The notes beneath the pieces are model-generated. The model saw only the letters and a list, made by a program, of their open reading frames with translations, made no database searches and was not told the origin of the DNA. DNA of 64,000 nt, taken from contig OU015570.1 in assembly GCA_907165135.1 (NCBI GenBank), positions 2,005,929-2,069,928 of the forward strand. Reading direction: 5' to 3'. Shown here in pieces: positions 32,070 to 46,350 of the stretch. Numbering within the stretch: position 1 is the first letter of the stretch; the number at the start of each line of letters is the position of its first letter. Both the position numbers and the translations under genes were made by a program. This DNA comes from Oikopleura dioica (taxonomy: Eukaryota > Animalia > Chordata).

Positions 32070-33557
32070 CTGTACGAAAAGAAACTTCGGTGTCGTTTAA
32101 ATACAGTTTATTACTCAGTCTTACGCAATAAGGCTCCCTGAGTTGAATGGTCTCGCAGACAAAACCAAAAAATATTAGCAAAAAATTTTTTCAACAAGAC
32201 TTCTTTTTTGATAAGTGTTTACGTGCTGAAATATCATTAACTTGCATTTGATTCAAAAAAACAGAAAAAATTCTAGAAAAAATATTTTCGGTGGGATTCG
32301 AACTCATGCTCCTTACATGTATCGATTACAGTACCTTCGCAGTACTTTTCCATAAAAATTTTTGTACCGTTGGAATCAGCGGAAAAAACTACATATAATA
32401 TGTGAAAATGAAAAAACGGTCTTCATTTGAAAATTTTTGGGTACTTCCGGTGCCCTATCACGTGACTGAAAAATTTTTCAAAAAAATTTTTTTTACCAAA
32501 AAATTTTTCAGGCCGGATTACATATTTCACCAAAAATTAGCTCTCTACGATGATAACACAGAAAGTTCTTTTTTTGTATCCCCACCCTAAATATAGACCT
32601 TTATGAAGCACTTGAAAAAACAGGGGGGATCCCTTAAGGCTCTACGGCAGGACATTTTTTTGAAGACTCTTGCCCACTTTTGTGGACATTTTCATGAAAA
32701 GTTGGGACAAAAAATGTCCACCAAAGATGAAAATAACTGTAACATCCATAATGACTTAATAAGACTATGACTTTAGACCAGTGCTGAAAAAAAGTATACT
32801 TCCCCCCGCCCTTCAATAATCTGCAGGGCGCCCTTCATTCTTGAAGGGCGGTGAAGTTCGAAATGGCTCTGAAGTATACATCACGCGCTTAAGTATACTT
32901 CAGCTATCGGTTCTTATCGAAAACTTTAGCTGCCACTACATCTGCCATAATGAGCGTGATTAAAATCATGGCGCCTGAGAGCCAATATGCGCAAAATTTG
33001 AAAAATTCTGGCGGATGGATTCTGATTGCCGACAGAACCAAGTTGAAGTAGAGTGAAGGGCGGAAGGGCGGTTGAAGTAGAGGGAAGGGCGGAAGTACAC
33101 TTCACGCCCTTCAACGCCCTGCAACGCCCTGAAGTATACTTCATGAAGGGCGAGTGAAGTATACTTTTTACCAACTCAGCTTTAGACTCTTAACTTTAGA
33201 GAAATTTTTCTGACTGCTAGAATGACGAGTATTTTAGGTAATTCCTGATCAAAAAGGCTCGTTATTCGGCACCAAAATGTATCCTCCGGACCGGTTTATA
33301 TCTTCTTCAGCAAAAATCGCAATTCTTCAATCAAATTGACGATTTGTTATCTTTATCACATGAATCGTCAAGTAAGAAATTTATTTACAGTGAAAACTTT
33401 CTTATTTCTTATTTCATTCTAAAAATAAGGAACGATTTTTTTCCCGATAATGAAGAAATCCAGCAGCTACAAATTGAAAAAAAAGCCTAAAGTTGGGTTT
33501 TTTTCGGATGACAGATTTCGGGGATTTTTCAAAAAAGTGGCCTTAAGTTCCTCGGCC

Positions 33558-34020
33558 TTAAGTTGGGGTTTCACTGTACTTAGTCGGAATTTCCGGTAAA
33601 GTTGCAGAATTTATCATGTAGGTTGTAAAGTGAGAAATCAAAATGAAACCTGGGAATGGCCGGTAAAGACAGGCGTCTTGGTGGCTAAACCCGTTTTTAG
33701 GACAAGTTGAAACAGTACCATATCTAATGATTTCACTCGCACAGTGAGAAGTAGATGAAGAGAGATCGGACATTCGGCAGAATTTGATTGATTCGAATTC
33801 GCTAAACTCACAGTTGCTACTGTCAATCACTGTATTCTGCCAAATGGCGATAGATTCGGGTAGATTTAGGGCCAAATACCAGTATTCTGGCTCGCCTTTG
33901 TACATGTTTTGTTTTAAGGGTATCGGAGCAGTAACAATTACGTAGTTAATTCGAAGGCGGTAAATATTGGAGAACTATAGGCTATAGTCTATAGCGAACT
34001 TGAACTTGTAATATGGGTAG
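33558..34020 (-). pseudogene. Cys-rich F-like segment of a relic env gene
   Basis: L.LP...S.C....C....C....C spacing parallels the env of element C. Confidence 0.6.
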
Positions 34021-34269
34021 GCTTACCGCGGTGTTTTTTATTTCGCAGGTTCTTTTGAAAAATCTCCCCATACTTTCAGAACATATGCATCAAGACAAGC
34101 GTTGAAAAACTGCACTTGCAGAATTTTCGATATGAGTGATCTAACCTCTTTTTTGGGGGATTTTTAGCGAGAAAAAAAGCACTAGTTTGATTAGAGGCGG
34201 CTTTTGAGTGCGTGCTAGATCGATTTTGATACCGATGATTTCAATGCATTGCCCCGAAAAAAAAGGGTT

Positions 34270-35770
34270 TGTCCTCGCCTGGTCCAAATCCTCGCCTGGT
34301 CCAAATCCTTGCCTGGTCCAAATTCCTCACCTGGTCCAAAATTGAAAATGGACCAGGCGAGGATTTGGACCAGGTAAGGATTTGGACCAGGCGAGGAATT
34401 ATTATTTGAAAAATTTTTGAAAACAAAAAATGAATAACCAGACCAAAACAAATTTCTTCTTGACCCCCCTCCGAGACAAAAAATTTAAAATTTTGAAAAA
34501 TTTTAAATTAGATTTCCGTTTTTATTGTTTTTATTATTTTATGTTCTTATTAGTTTCACTTATAAAAACAGAAAAAAATGAGGAAATGTCGCGAATCGAC
34601 AAAAAAATCTCAACAAGAATAAAAAAAAAAATAGACATTTCAGAAAAAAAAACTCAAAAAAATTTTTTAACTATCAACCAAAAACAAGTTTATTAAAGAT
34701 TTTCGAGGAACTTCAAAAATCTTTACATTTTGTGAGATTTTTTCTGGGCCCATACTAGACAAGAAGCTCTATTCGTTTGTAGAAAACGTTTCTCTTGCAT
34801 CAGCATTCAGCTAATTTTTTTATAATGGGAGAAAATCCGTTTTTCTAGCTAAGTTGAGGGGTTCTATGATATAGTTTTAGAAAGCCTAGAGGCATGCGCT
34901 TTCATTTGGACACCATATAGCAGAGTTGCAAATTTGCTGAGCTGAGCTGAGTGAGCTGAGCCAGCAGTCGCTCTGCAGTTATTCTTGAAAATGATCTGAT
35001 CTGCTCAGCTCAGCTCAGACAATGCTCACTCGGCTCAGCTCAGCTAAATTATTTTCGAACATGATCTGTTTTGCTCAGCTCAGCTCAGACAATTATCACT
35101 TAGCTAAGCTGAATAATTATAAGTTATAATTTATAACACAATTTGACTAATAAAAGCACAGTTAAAAACAGCTCAGCTCAGCTCTAATTAGGGTACGCGT
35201 AGCTCAGTTAAACAACCTTAAAATGAAGGTCCGCTCAGCTCAGCTCCGCTCAATGACCTCTAAAAAGGGCCAGCTCAGCGAGTTTTCCAGAATTTCCGGT
35301 TTTCCACCCAATTTTTAGCGCACCAGATGGCCAAAAACGGCTTTGCACTAGGATTTCTGAGGCTCTACTGAAAGCTATGAGCCTAAGCTTTCTTATTTTG
35401 AGCCTTGAAGGCTTAAAATAATTGTTATCTTTATAAATCTAACAAGAATTAAAAAACTTCTCTCGAAATTAGAAAAAAAAAATTCGTGAAGGGGGAAAAC
35501 TTATAAGAACATTTTGAAAAAAACAGAAATTTAATTAAAAATTTTTCAAAATTTTAAATTTTCCGTCGCGGATGGGGGGTCAAGGAGATATTTGTTTTAG
35601 TCTGGTTACTCATTTTTTGTTTTCAAAAATTTTTCAATTTAAAATTCCTCGCCTGGTCCAAATCCTTACCTGGTCCAATTTCCTTACCTGGTCCATTTTC
35701 AATTTTGGACCAGGTAAGGATTTGGACCAGGCAGGATTTGGACCAGGCGAGGATTTGGACCAGGCGAGGA
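34270..35770. repeat. Two clusters of CCTGGTCCAAA/TTTGGACCAGG repeats (34270-34400, 35640-35770) and a GCTGA/TCAGC-rich MITE (34920-35285)
   Basis: Visible internally palindromic repeat arrays. Confidence 0.7.
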
Positions 35771-37299
35771 CAAACCAAAAAAAAGATTGATCCATATATG
35801 GATCAATCTTTTTGCCACGCTGAGGCGCTCTCGTGCTAGCCCAAAAAGTCCTCACCTCTTTCTCACTTTTGGTTCAAAGCAGATTCAATTCAAAAATTAT
35901 TGATATATGGTGGTGTTTTGTCCTGGTGGTGGTGTTATTCATTTATAATAATACATAAATAATGTAATAAAAATCGGCCGACAAGGGGACCCTGATTTTA
36001 GAGTAAAAACTGTACTTTATGGGGATTTCTAGAAGAAAATAAAGAAAATGCGAGAAAAGTAAGTGTAATACTTACCAAGTCTAGAAAGAAACAATAGATA
36101 TCTTTCCAGAATCGGGCTTTTGCTTCATTTCTAGTCTTTTGAGAAAGACTTAAATTTTCTTCTCTTCTTCTTTACACTTTTCAGGAGAGGATAAAAATTT
36201 TTAAAATTTTTGAAATGGCCAAATTTGTTGACGAAAGCTTTTACAGCGATACATGGGCTCAAGATAGAAGAGAGGATCCCCGAAAGCAAGTCTGGTCTCG
36301 AAGAGAGGTTTTAAATTTTACCAGTAAATGCTAATTGCGGCGGTTATTTGATAGAAGCGAGCTCGAGGAGTGAAAATGCTCTATTGATATGGAACCTTAA
36401 GCCAGTTTTCTACACATGCCAAGAGCGAATTTCGACTTTTTTGTGCGGAAAGCCTAGAACCGTTACAAAATTACCGGGGCAAACTTACTATTGCTCTAGC
36501 GCCTAGGGGATACATCGTAGCCCCAGACATCTTTATACGTAGGCCTCGGACGTAAAAAAGACGATTTTCACCATCCGGTCATCGTACGGGAACATGAGAG
36601 GGCTCATTCGAAAGGTCTTGATAAGGGCTTTCTATTTGACCGATAAAAAAACTGGGCCCTCCCTTTCTGTTATGAGTTATTTTGAAAAATTTTTTTCGAA
36701 GCTTACCTTCAAAATCAAATATCTCGAAAAAGGAGGACAGGGCCCAGTTTTTTTATAAGCCCAACAGAAAGCCCTGTTCAAGAGCTTTCGAATGAGCCTA
36801 CTCTTGTTACCGTACGACGACCGGCTGGTGGTGATGATTTTTTACGTCCGAGGCCTATTTATACGGATCGGTGGAGAATCTTAAGCTCTATGCCTGAATC
36901 ATCTCAGATTTTCGAGATCTCAAAAATTTTCGGATTTATGGCGATTTTTCATTTTTCAAAAGGCTACGTGTCCCAAATTCAGCCAATCACAGCACTGTAT
37001 TTGTCGCATTTGCCCCGGTAAATTTTTAACGTCTCCTAGTTTTCTTCGTTGGGCACACCCTTAACAGTCGTCAACACAGCCTTCGTTATTCATTTTACCG
37101 AATCAAGAAGGGGGAAACAAATTAATCCCCTAATAAATGGCCGCTTATCAAAAAACTCAGTAAATAATCGAAGATTTAATTTTCTTCTAAACAAAAATAA
37201 CCTGGACTTCTAGCCTCCTTTCTCATTTCCTTGATTTTCAAGAAAAAACTCCAATTCGTACCTTCCGGACCTTTTCATGAAAAATTCCGATTTTCTCGA

Positions 37300-40200
37300 G
37301 ACCAAATAAAAGTTGCTGCTGCTAAAACCATTTGGTTTCCCAGTGTTCGACAAGAATGGGAACTTGTCTGATCCAGAGTTGCATTTTTTTTAATTTTTGA
37401 ATATTTTTGAATCGACGGGGCTTCAAGAGCTTAGATTAAAACTGAGCTAATCCGAAAATTTTGAAAATTTGCAACTCTGATCAGCACGAAAACTCATGGT
37501 CGACATTGCGACTTTTACATCCTGGGAGATTCGATGCTACGGTCATTTATGGAGACAAGTACAGTTCTACCAAAAACTGTCCTTGTCTCATACAGGGTTC
37601 CAATTTTTCTCAAAAAATATTTGAGCGGAGTGAGCGGCTGAGCAGTCAACCAAGAAAATTATTGAGCTGAACAGGCGATCATTGGGAGTGCGAGAAAAAT
37701 ACTACTAATGCTTAGTTGCTGCTCGATCAGCTCAGCTGTTTTAGCTCAATTGAGCGAACGTGCGGGAACATAGTTGCAAATTTGATTAAATTTTCTTAGC
37801 TGAGCTGACCTGAGTAAAATTTCTCTGAGCTGAGCTGGCCTTTTTCAGAGGTCATTGAGCGGAGCTGAGTTGAGCAGACCTTTTGTTTAAGAGAGTTGAG
37901 CAGAGCTGAGCGGACGTTATTAGAGCTGAGCTGAGCGGTTTTTACTGTTTTTTGGTAGTAAAATTGTTTTCAAATCATTGAGCTGAGCTAAGCTAAGTGA
38001 TAATTGTCTGAGCTGAGCTGAGCAGCACAGATCATGTTCGAAAAAAATTGAGCTGAGCTGATTGAAAATTTTCTAAGCTGAGCAGATCAGATCATTTTCC
38101 AAAATCACTGAGTTGAGCTGAGCTCAGCAAATTTGCAAGTCTGAGCGGGAATAATCCAACTTTGATCTGAGCGAGCGAGCGATCGCTCAAATACCGCTCA
38201 CCGCTCAACTAAAATTGGAACCCTGGTTTCATACTCTGGTTTGCGGCGTTTCCTGTAAGATCTCGGAGAACAAGTGCCATGAAATAATGAAAAACCCAAG
38301 GGCTTGATGACAAGCATTGGCTCATTCTTATATAGCGAAACTGTTTATTGTTATAAATAAAACTTGTCAAAACCCTGTGATTTTCGCGTATGGACAAACT
38401 GAAAAAGGCGTTTTTCACATCTACTCCAAAGAAGCAGATATATTTTATAAGGAACGGAAGAATGTGGATCCTCGCTGCCTTTGAGCAGAAGTTCCGCTGC
38501 ATAATGGCAGGACATACCCGCATCTTCACTGGTGCGCGCGAAATACCAAGAAAATGCGGTCAGAACAGACTTGAGTTTATCGGACTGGTCAGCTGGAGCG
38601 TTTGCACAAGCTGACTTTATCGAATGGTCAATGTTTATCTCGCTGCAAAGCTCATTTCTCAGCTTTTTCCAGCCGTCAAGTTCGTTCTGAAATGTTACTT
38701 TCTCAATTGGACTGAGATCTTCAGTTGCCAAGAGAAAATTAAGCTTTCTCAAGGCTCTTGTTCCTTCAAGTTCGGTCGCAACTTGTCCAATAAGGGAACC
38801 TTTATCAAGGTAGACGAATTTGTTGCTTCGATTTACAATTTTTACTTCACCCTGAGAGAGATTCAGGTGCTTTTGTGAAGAAAATGTTAAATTGCACTCG
38901 AGTAATTGTTTTGTTCGAACTACAGTGATAACTTATTTTAAGGCCCGCCATTTTTAGGCCATTTTTTTCGAAAAAATCCTAAAATTTGTCATCCTCAAAA
39001 AGTCCATTCTAAGGCCACTTTTGATGGTTATTTTTTTCCAAATTCGAAAAAACAGTTTACCCGCTAAAATCAATGAAGAAATGAGGTTTCTTCGTCGCTA
39101 TCAGGATAAGATTCAGCCCGAAATAATCAGAACTACAGTTGGTCCTCGATTGATTCGAGAATCTTGCGTTGCAACTGTACGCTTCAAATCTTTATAAGAA
39201 CTTTAAAGTGCAGCCAATTTAAATAGAATTACAAATTTAAGATTTCTGTTCTTCTGTGGAGAATCAGTTGGAATTTTCTTAACTTTGAATAGCAAAAATC
39301 ATTCAATGATTTGTCTTTTGACCGAAGAGGTTCTCACGTATTAGAAATTTTATTTGTCTTACTACAACATCAACAGTCTTTCAATGAAAGGATCAAAGCT
39401 GATCTTTCGATTCAAAATCTTAATATACTCTTCTTCCTTCTTTGTGGCTGTTTCTGAACGAGTTAAGCAGGCCAAAGGCGAGAATTTTCAGTAAATCCTG
39501 TTTTATGCCGAACAAAAAAAATAAAAAAAATCATTGTAATCTAGCTCAGCCCGAAAAATGTTCGTTTAAAGGCCATTTTTGAGATTCGCTGTCATCCAAA
39601 AATTGGCCTTAAAATGGATTTTCACTGTATGTTAAGAAATTGAAAATTAATGTGAGCCTGATTTGTCTCAAAATTGTTCAGGACTTTTGGAAGCTTAGAT
39701 TTGAAATTGACGTCATGATGTCGTAAAAATTCATATCCGAGGATTGCATGAAACTCACAGGGGAGATCAACAATGTCAAAAACAATCGCTGGGATTTCAA
39801 GTTTCGAAGATGGGATGCAAAGGTTTGCCGAGACCTCATGCGTTATTTTTCCCATTTCGCTTTTAAAGGCATTTGTTAGATAAAGATAAATAGAGTTTCG
39901 TTTCTTTGAGCGTAAAAAGTCATCAGGGATTACAGAGCTACTTATGAAATTTGCTTGGGCACCTGAGTCCAATAGGACGGAGGGAAATGAAGAAATTTAC
40001 AGAGATCATTACCGTATTGTTTAAGAACAACATCGATACAGGGAAGACTCATGACTCAATCTGATCTAGTCGCTAAGAATTGCTCGGCATTTGACTGCAG
40101 TGTGGCCTTTTGCGCCGCAACGATAGCAAGTCATTTCCTTCTTAGGGTTGCCTTTAGGTTTCTTTTTCTTATTTCCAGATCCAGTTTTTGGCTAAGGGAA

Positions 40201-40550
40201 GGCATTGAACTCTGTTGATAACGTAGCACGTTTTGAGTCACTGAAGATGTTATCAGCCAATTCAATGACTGCTTGAACATCAGTTGTTGGATGATTTCGA
40301 AAAACGTGTTGTTTGGAACAACTTCAGGGACTCGCGACATAAACTCTCTCAAGGCAATGCTGTCAATGAGGATGGAGTTTGGGCAGTACTTGGCACTCGA
40401 CTAGATTTTTATTGTGGGACTCGACAGACTGTACTTATTCGATCACCACTTTATTATGTAACTTCCGTGCCTTCACCATTTCCATATTTGGAAATCTATC
40501 TTTCTTCTCTCACACCTGCCGCTAAACGTCAGCTCCTCGAGTAAGAGAGC
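37300..40550 (-). pseudogene. Decayed gypsy element D (gag, protease and RT fragments)
   Basis: LDSGAQANF..ILGYEFL at 39622-39972; GVDVKNAFF..FRYIRMSQCLSSSP at 38209-38529. Confidence 0.75.
37593..38225. mobile_element. hAT-type MITE containing a nested GCTGA-repeat MITE (~37770-38145)
   Basis: CAGGGTTCCAATTT..AAATTGGAACCCTG TIR; 8-bp TSD GTCTCATA/GTTTCATA. Confidence 0.8.
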
Positions 40551-40995
40551 CGGCATTCTCAACTTACCGACTTAACAATAAAGTCCCAGCTCAAAGTAAC
40601 TGGAGTGTTATTTATTGTACGCAGTTCGCTGATCCCACATATTGGTACCAGTTCGTTTCCGATACGAATCCACGACTGTGTTCCGATTGGCCGAGAGATT
40701 CGTCATCCTGAAAACCACGTAACAAAATCCCGCCAGGGTCACCCTTTCAGAGAAATTTAAAAAGGGTGCGAGAGATAGGTACGAGAATCCGTTGTCATTG
40801 CCAGAACTAAAATTGATTTCTACTTCGCACCGCTACCATGGGGAGAGCTCAAGAATTAGCCAAAGAAATTGAAATCTACGAAAAACTCCTCGATTGTGAC
40901 GAGGTGAAGTCCGACGCAACGAAAAAGATGACATCGAGAAAAAATAAAATCGCTGCGAGGGAAGTTAATCGAATCAGCAAAAGACCTCGACGGCG

Positions 40996-43029
40996 TAAAA
41001 GGTTTCGGGACTGGCCAACGCTGCCTGCGTACAAAAACTACAAGTCTAACTCTAAGTGAGCCTTTATTGTGCGTGAGATGCACTCTAGCGGGTGCATCTC
41101 ACTGTTGGTGTTGTGAGTGTAAGGTGTGCGTCTTTAGTTGAGAACAGTTCCAGTTTTATAGGGTGATAATTGTTAGGTGGCGCAGTGTCGAAAGTAATCA
41201 ATCAACCGGTTTCACCTGTGAAACCGGTGGTACAAGAAATACCGCGTCGCATTCATGTGTATTCACTGATGACTACGTATGAGACATGAAACGTAAGGTT
41301 TACCGAAACCTTATACCCTTCCCCTGCTTTCTAACAGAGCTCAAGGTGAGGATATCAGAAAGAACAAACAGTAGCACTTTGAAGAAAACATAAAAGAAAG
41401 AACAAATCTGTAGATGAAACGAATAAAAAGGGAAGTGAAGGTAAAGGTGACCAGGCACAATTTTTGACGCACTTAAAGTTGTGGCTGGGCCTCTCCCCCC
41501 TTTTTTCGAATAGGAGTGCACCACGAATGAGTTCGAGGAAATAAAAATAAAAGTTTATACACACGGTAGAGTAGAGTAAGTGTAGCATAAACAAGTAATT
41601 TTCAAGGTTTAAGGCCATGAATTCTCATAAGCAAAATTCAAATTCAGTTGAAAGTCTCCTCCTTTATATCCGTCTGAGGCAGGCGTCGCACAGTTAATTT
41701 GAATTGACTAACTTAATTCAATGGGCTTAAAACACTCCTTTTTAGGATGTCACGAGAGCAAAAGATAATTGAAAATCAAAATTTAAATATGATAAAATTC
41801 GAGATTTCTCAAAGAAATTAAGGTAGCCAGCACTATAAAAATTCCGACCCTGGGCGGAAAAAGGCTCGCATTGGATCCATTTTTGCAGGTACTCTCGGAG
41901 TTTGAACATTGCAGGTACTCATATTGGAGTTTGAACATCGGAGTCCCAAAAGCGAGAAAAAAGGGTTAGCTCACATTGGATTCACTTACTGGCAGGTACT
42001 CTCGGAGTTTGAACGTTGCAGGTACTCATTTCGGAGTTTGAACCTTGGAATCGCAAAATGCGAGAAAAAGAGGGCTAGGCTGAAATTATAAATCCTTTAA
42101 CAAATTATTTAATCTTAGCAAGAAATTTCGCGGGACCTTCTTGGTGCCTACATCTACTTTCTCCAACTTGAGAGTTGGCTAAGTCAAAATTTCGGGGGAC
42201 CCCGTGTCTCTCCCTACTCTCTCCTACTTGCCTATGAATAAGATCAAAATAATATTGTAGAAATCTCGAAGTTTTGTCCTATAAATTTAAGGTTCAATTA
42301 TCCCGGATAAAATAATCCGTCGGTTAGATCTTATACCTCCTAATGACACAAGATAAATTCAAAGATAAAGAGGAAACACAAGGGTACTTAGATAAAATTC
42401 TTCATTGACCGTATCGGCGAAAATCATGCTCTTCGATTGCTGGTGTCCCGGGCGCGTCAGTCAGGATCAGCATCGTAGGAGTCGGAATTCGTCTCAATCT
42501 CGCGTTCGTGAACGCTAAATTTGAAGGTGATGGTTGACCATTTTGACCAATGTAGAAAGTAAGACTGTTGAAGACAAGATGAAACAGCGGTTGGTGCTCA
42601 GGCAACTCTGTTGTCGATCTTCAGTTTGCTTGGCGAGGCAGGTTGTAACGGCGGCTGGATCTCTTTGGGGGGCGTTTTTCACAGCAAGCGTTTTTACTCA
42701 GTCACCAGTAAAAGGTTTCGGGACTGGCCAACGCTGCCTGCGTACAAAAGACTACAAGTCTAACTCTAAGTGAGCCTTTATTGTGCGTGAGATGCACTCT
42801 AGCGGGTGCATCTCACTGTTGGTGTTGTGAGTGTAAGGTGTGCGTCTTTAGTTGAGAACAGTTCCAGTTTTATAGGGTGATAATTGTTAGGTGGCGCAGT
42901 GTCGAAAGTAATCAATCAACCGGTTTCACCTGTGAAACCGGTGGTACAAGAAATACCGCGTCGCATTCATGTGTATTCACCCATGACTACGTATGAGACA
43001 GGAAACGTAAGGTTTACCGAAACCTTATA
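40996..43029 (-). mobile_element. Small non-autonomous LTR element E (TRIM-like) with TA..TA termini
   Basis: ~320-bp LTRs at 40996-41315 and 42709-43029; TSD GGCG at 40992-40995 and 43030-43033; PBS TGGTGACTG at 42699-42707; PPT at 41316-41331; no coding motif inside. Confidence 0.9.
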
Positions 43030-43444
43030 GGCGGAGATTTCTCCAGGAAGGACCAGAGCGATTTAAGCTCTATCAGGACGCAGCTGGGCGACGTCCCTAT
43101 TTTCGAAGGTGGCTCCTTTGAGAGCACTAATACATTTATCGCCCGCTGCCAGAAGGTATTTGACTTGAGCGTAAAACCCAACATGAAACTCGAAAAAGAA
43201 TTCATTGTGGACGTCAAATCGCGATGCTCCGTACATGTGACTCATCGAATGGGAAACGGGCACAAATCTTGGGAGGAGCTCAAGAAGGAAATTTTCGCGA
43301 ATTTCAGTGGAGGAATTACGGCGATACAAAGTCTACAGCGGGCACTCAATACGCCTTACGACAAACGTAAAGGTTTCAAGAAACTAGCGACGCAGATCAG
43401 CCTTAATCTTGAAGCGGCGAAGGCGACAATCGAAAAAGCCTTAA

Positions 43445-44113
43445 GGGTACTATCTTCGATTTCCATAAGGTGTCTTCTCAAAAGATATATAAGAATCGGT
43501 TGTTAGAAATAGATTCTTTATTAGATTTTATGATTATATCTTATTGACAACTATTCGTAATTATCAATGTATCTTGAGATATGGCCTCTAGAAGTTTTTT
43601 CGAAAAAAATTTTGAACTTCGATTTTCTCGACCAAGTGCTTGTTCGAAAGCTCAGAGCAAGGGCAGTATTTTGGTAGCTGTATCGATTGCGACATTAAGA
43701 TATTTTCGATTCTAGAGCCAAAAATGTGTCGCAAACTTTTAAAAAATGCTCAATTTTCGCAAAATCGGCGAGACCCAATTTTCAAAAAATTATTTTTGGT
43801 ATTTTTAGTTTTTCAATGAAAAAAATCCTTCTGTAATTTTAAAGATAAATGCTCAAATTACAAATAAAAAATTAAATAAGGTCAAGTTATCAGACTTGTT
43901 TTCGAGTTATTCAACCGTTTATATAGGCCATTTTGGCGAAGATGACCACTTCAAGCCAAAATTTAGCCGCTTTTCGGTTGAGCAACTAATAAACGCCTCT
44001 GTTATAGTTAAGATCTAGGACAGATCTATTAAATGAGCCTATATCGACTCATCAATCATTCACAAGCTCCGAGTTATTCAAGGCTCAAGTTGGGGAAATC
44101 GAAGATAGTACCC
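43445..44113. mobile_element. MITE with TTAA TSD and GG..CC ends (Kolobok-like)
   Basis: TTAA|GGGTACTATCTTCGATTTCC..GGAAATCGAAGATAGTACCC|TTAA. Confidence 0.85.
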
Positions 44114-46350
44114 TTAAGAAACAGGCATTGAAGCAGGAAGCTGGAAACGAGCCTGCCGTTGGGATCGAGATTGTCGAGCCGCTAACCGTGGACCGCCTCA
44201 TGGACCACCTTGGAGCGTCGATTATGGCCACTATCATCCAGGTACATCACAATGATTTATACAAGTCGATGGCCCCAGTCTGGAAGAAGATATCTAATGC
44301 CGGGAACCTCGCAGAGCAAGCCGAGTACTACCAGACCCAGAGAAGCGGAGGTGAAATCTCAACTTATTACGGGCGAAGTATGAGAGGTGGCCTGTATCAA
44401 AAAAAGAGATAAAACGACAGCCAAAAAAATGACCGAAAAAGCGCATCCAACGCGGACAACAAGAAGTATGGTAGCTCGGGCGGAGGCTCGACTAATTCTA
44501 GAGAATATCGCTTTAATAAAAAAGGCAGCTTCAAGAAACAAGCGTATGTTAACAACGAAGAGGAAAAGCACCAGCTGGATGCAAGCGACAAGGAGATTTC
44601 CGAGGACGAGGCGAGAAAGGAGACAATGTTCATCTCAAACCGACGAACGGATTTTTGCTAAGGGCTGACGCCGCGTGCTACGCGTCAGACCCTGTTATCA
44701 CCCAGGAAAGCACAAATCAAGCATACACCGGGGCAATTCAACCTCGGGTAAATTTAAAAATATGCGCGCCGACCGGTCAATCCTTCTCGTTCAATGCGCT
44801 CGTAGACACTGGCAGCTCAATAACAATGATATCAAAACGGGATGTTCCACCGCAGCTGGTAAATAATATACAGTTTTTTATGGAATTTGTGGACATCAAA
44901 TTTGTGGACATTTTTCATGCTGCCGATTCTTCCAGTCAAATATCAATCCGATGAAGATTTTAAGAAGCAGCATAAAGAGCTCACTGAAGCGGTATTTATT
45001 TTTTAAAGTTTAATTGGATTATTCTTTTCAGCTCTTGACTGGAACTGACAACCCACTCGAAATGAGAGACTATCCCCTTCCTCAAGGAAGATTCGACAAT
45101 GACGGAATCCACCCTACAACTCAAGCATCCATTGACTTCTCTTCTTCTGCAATCTCTATCATACAATAAATCATTCTTTAGCGTCATCTCAATGTTATAT
45201 TTTCTCTTATTATTTTTGCAGTCTATGTATCCGTCGATTGTTTCTGTGGAAGTGAGCCCGCTTGGAAAGACTAGACATTCTTCATCGCCTTCATTTTTCC
45301 ACAACGAGCTCCACCACCACAGAAAGGGGTGGGTCAATCGCAATTGACCATGTACAGGAGAAAAATACTGACTTTAGAATTCTCATGGACTGAGAAAACT
45401 CTGTGTAAAGTCAGAATTAAAATAAATTCGCAGAGAGAAAAAGATTTTCACATTTTATTTTCTCATGCACAGGTATGTATTCGCATTGTTTTTGTTGTTT
45501 TCAATTTATCAATGAAACTCCGACCGTTCACAATAAAGATGCCAGAGAAACCTCAGGGCTCGTATTGCCTTTCGTCATTATGCGGTTTTTTGTCCTATAC
45601 TAGTGAACGTATTCAGAGCAGAACCACGATAATGCACTGTCAATCCGTCAAGTTATAACGATCCTAAGATATGAAAACAAAAATAGCAATACGAATCCAT
45701 ACATTTAAAAAGACCTATAAAAACTCTGACCGTTCACGATGTAGGTGCCAGAGAAACCTTAGGGCTCGTGTTGCCTATCATCAATTTGCGGTTTTTTTAT
45801 ATTAATGTGTGAACGTCTTAAGCGCAGAACCACGATAGTGCGCTTTCAACCTACACTTATGGAAGCCTAATTATTTGCCTTAGTCCTAACTTAGCGGTTA
45901 ACCAGAAGACGAACTTTCTTCGCTCTCCGTAAGGGATGAGCCACCCCTTTCTTCGCTGAGAAAGAGGAATTTTCTTTCTTCTTTGAAGCCACATGGGCCT
46001 TTCTCTTAAATCAGTCAACAAAAAAAGTAGCTGAACTTTGCTTATTACAGAAAAAAACAGATGACAAATTTCTTCGCTCTCTTTCTTCTTTAAAGCCACA
46101 AGGGCCTTTCTCTAAAATCAGTCACCAAATGAACAGCTGAACTTTGCTGTTTTTACAGGGAAAAAGCAAGATGACGAGTTTTCTTCGCTCTCCGTAAGGG
46201 ATGAGCCACCCCTTTCTTCGCTCTCAGTAAAGACCGAACCAGCATTTACAAATTAGACTCGAAGCCGCAAGCGGCTTCTTGTCTCGAGGACAAAGGATAG
46301 ACATAACGAGGATGAAACAGAATGGAGAAAGAAGGAAGAGCGAGAGAGAT

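Larger units (their letters stand above)
40838..44954 (+). pseudogene. Decayed gypsy element F: gag and protease, split by element E and a MITE
   Basis: Gag-like VPIFEGG..SWEELKKEIF after removing E; protease ALVDTGSS; candidate -1 site GGATTTT at 44649-44655. Confidence 0.8.

Noticed and set aside
32289-32310. tRNA gene (reverse B-box GGGATTCGAAC)
   Set aside because: No cloverleaf or A-box visible; at most a SINE/tRNA-derived fragment.
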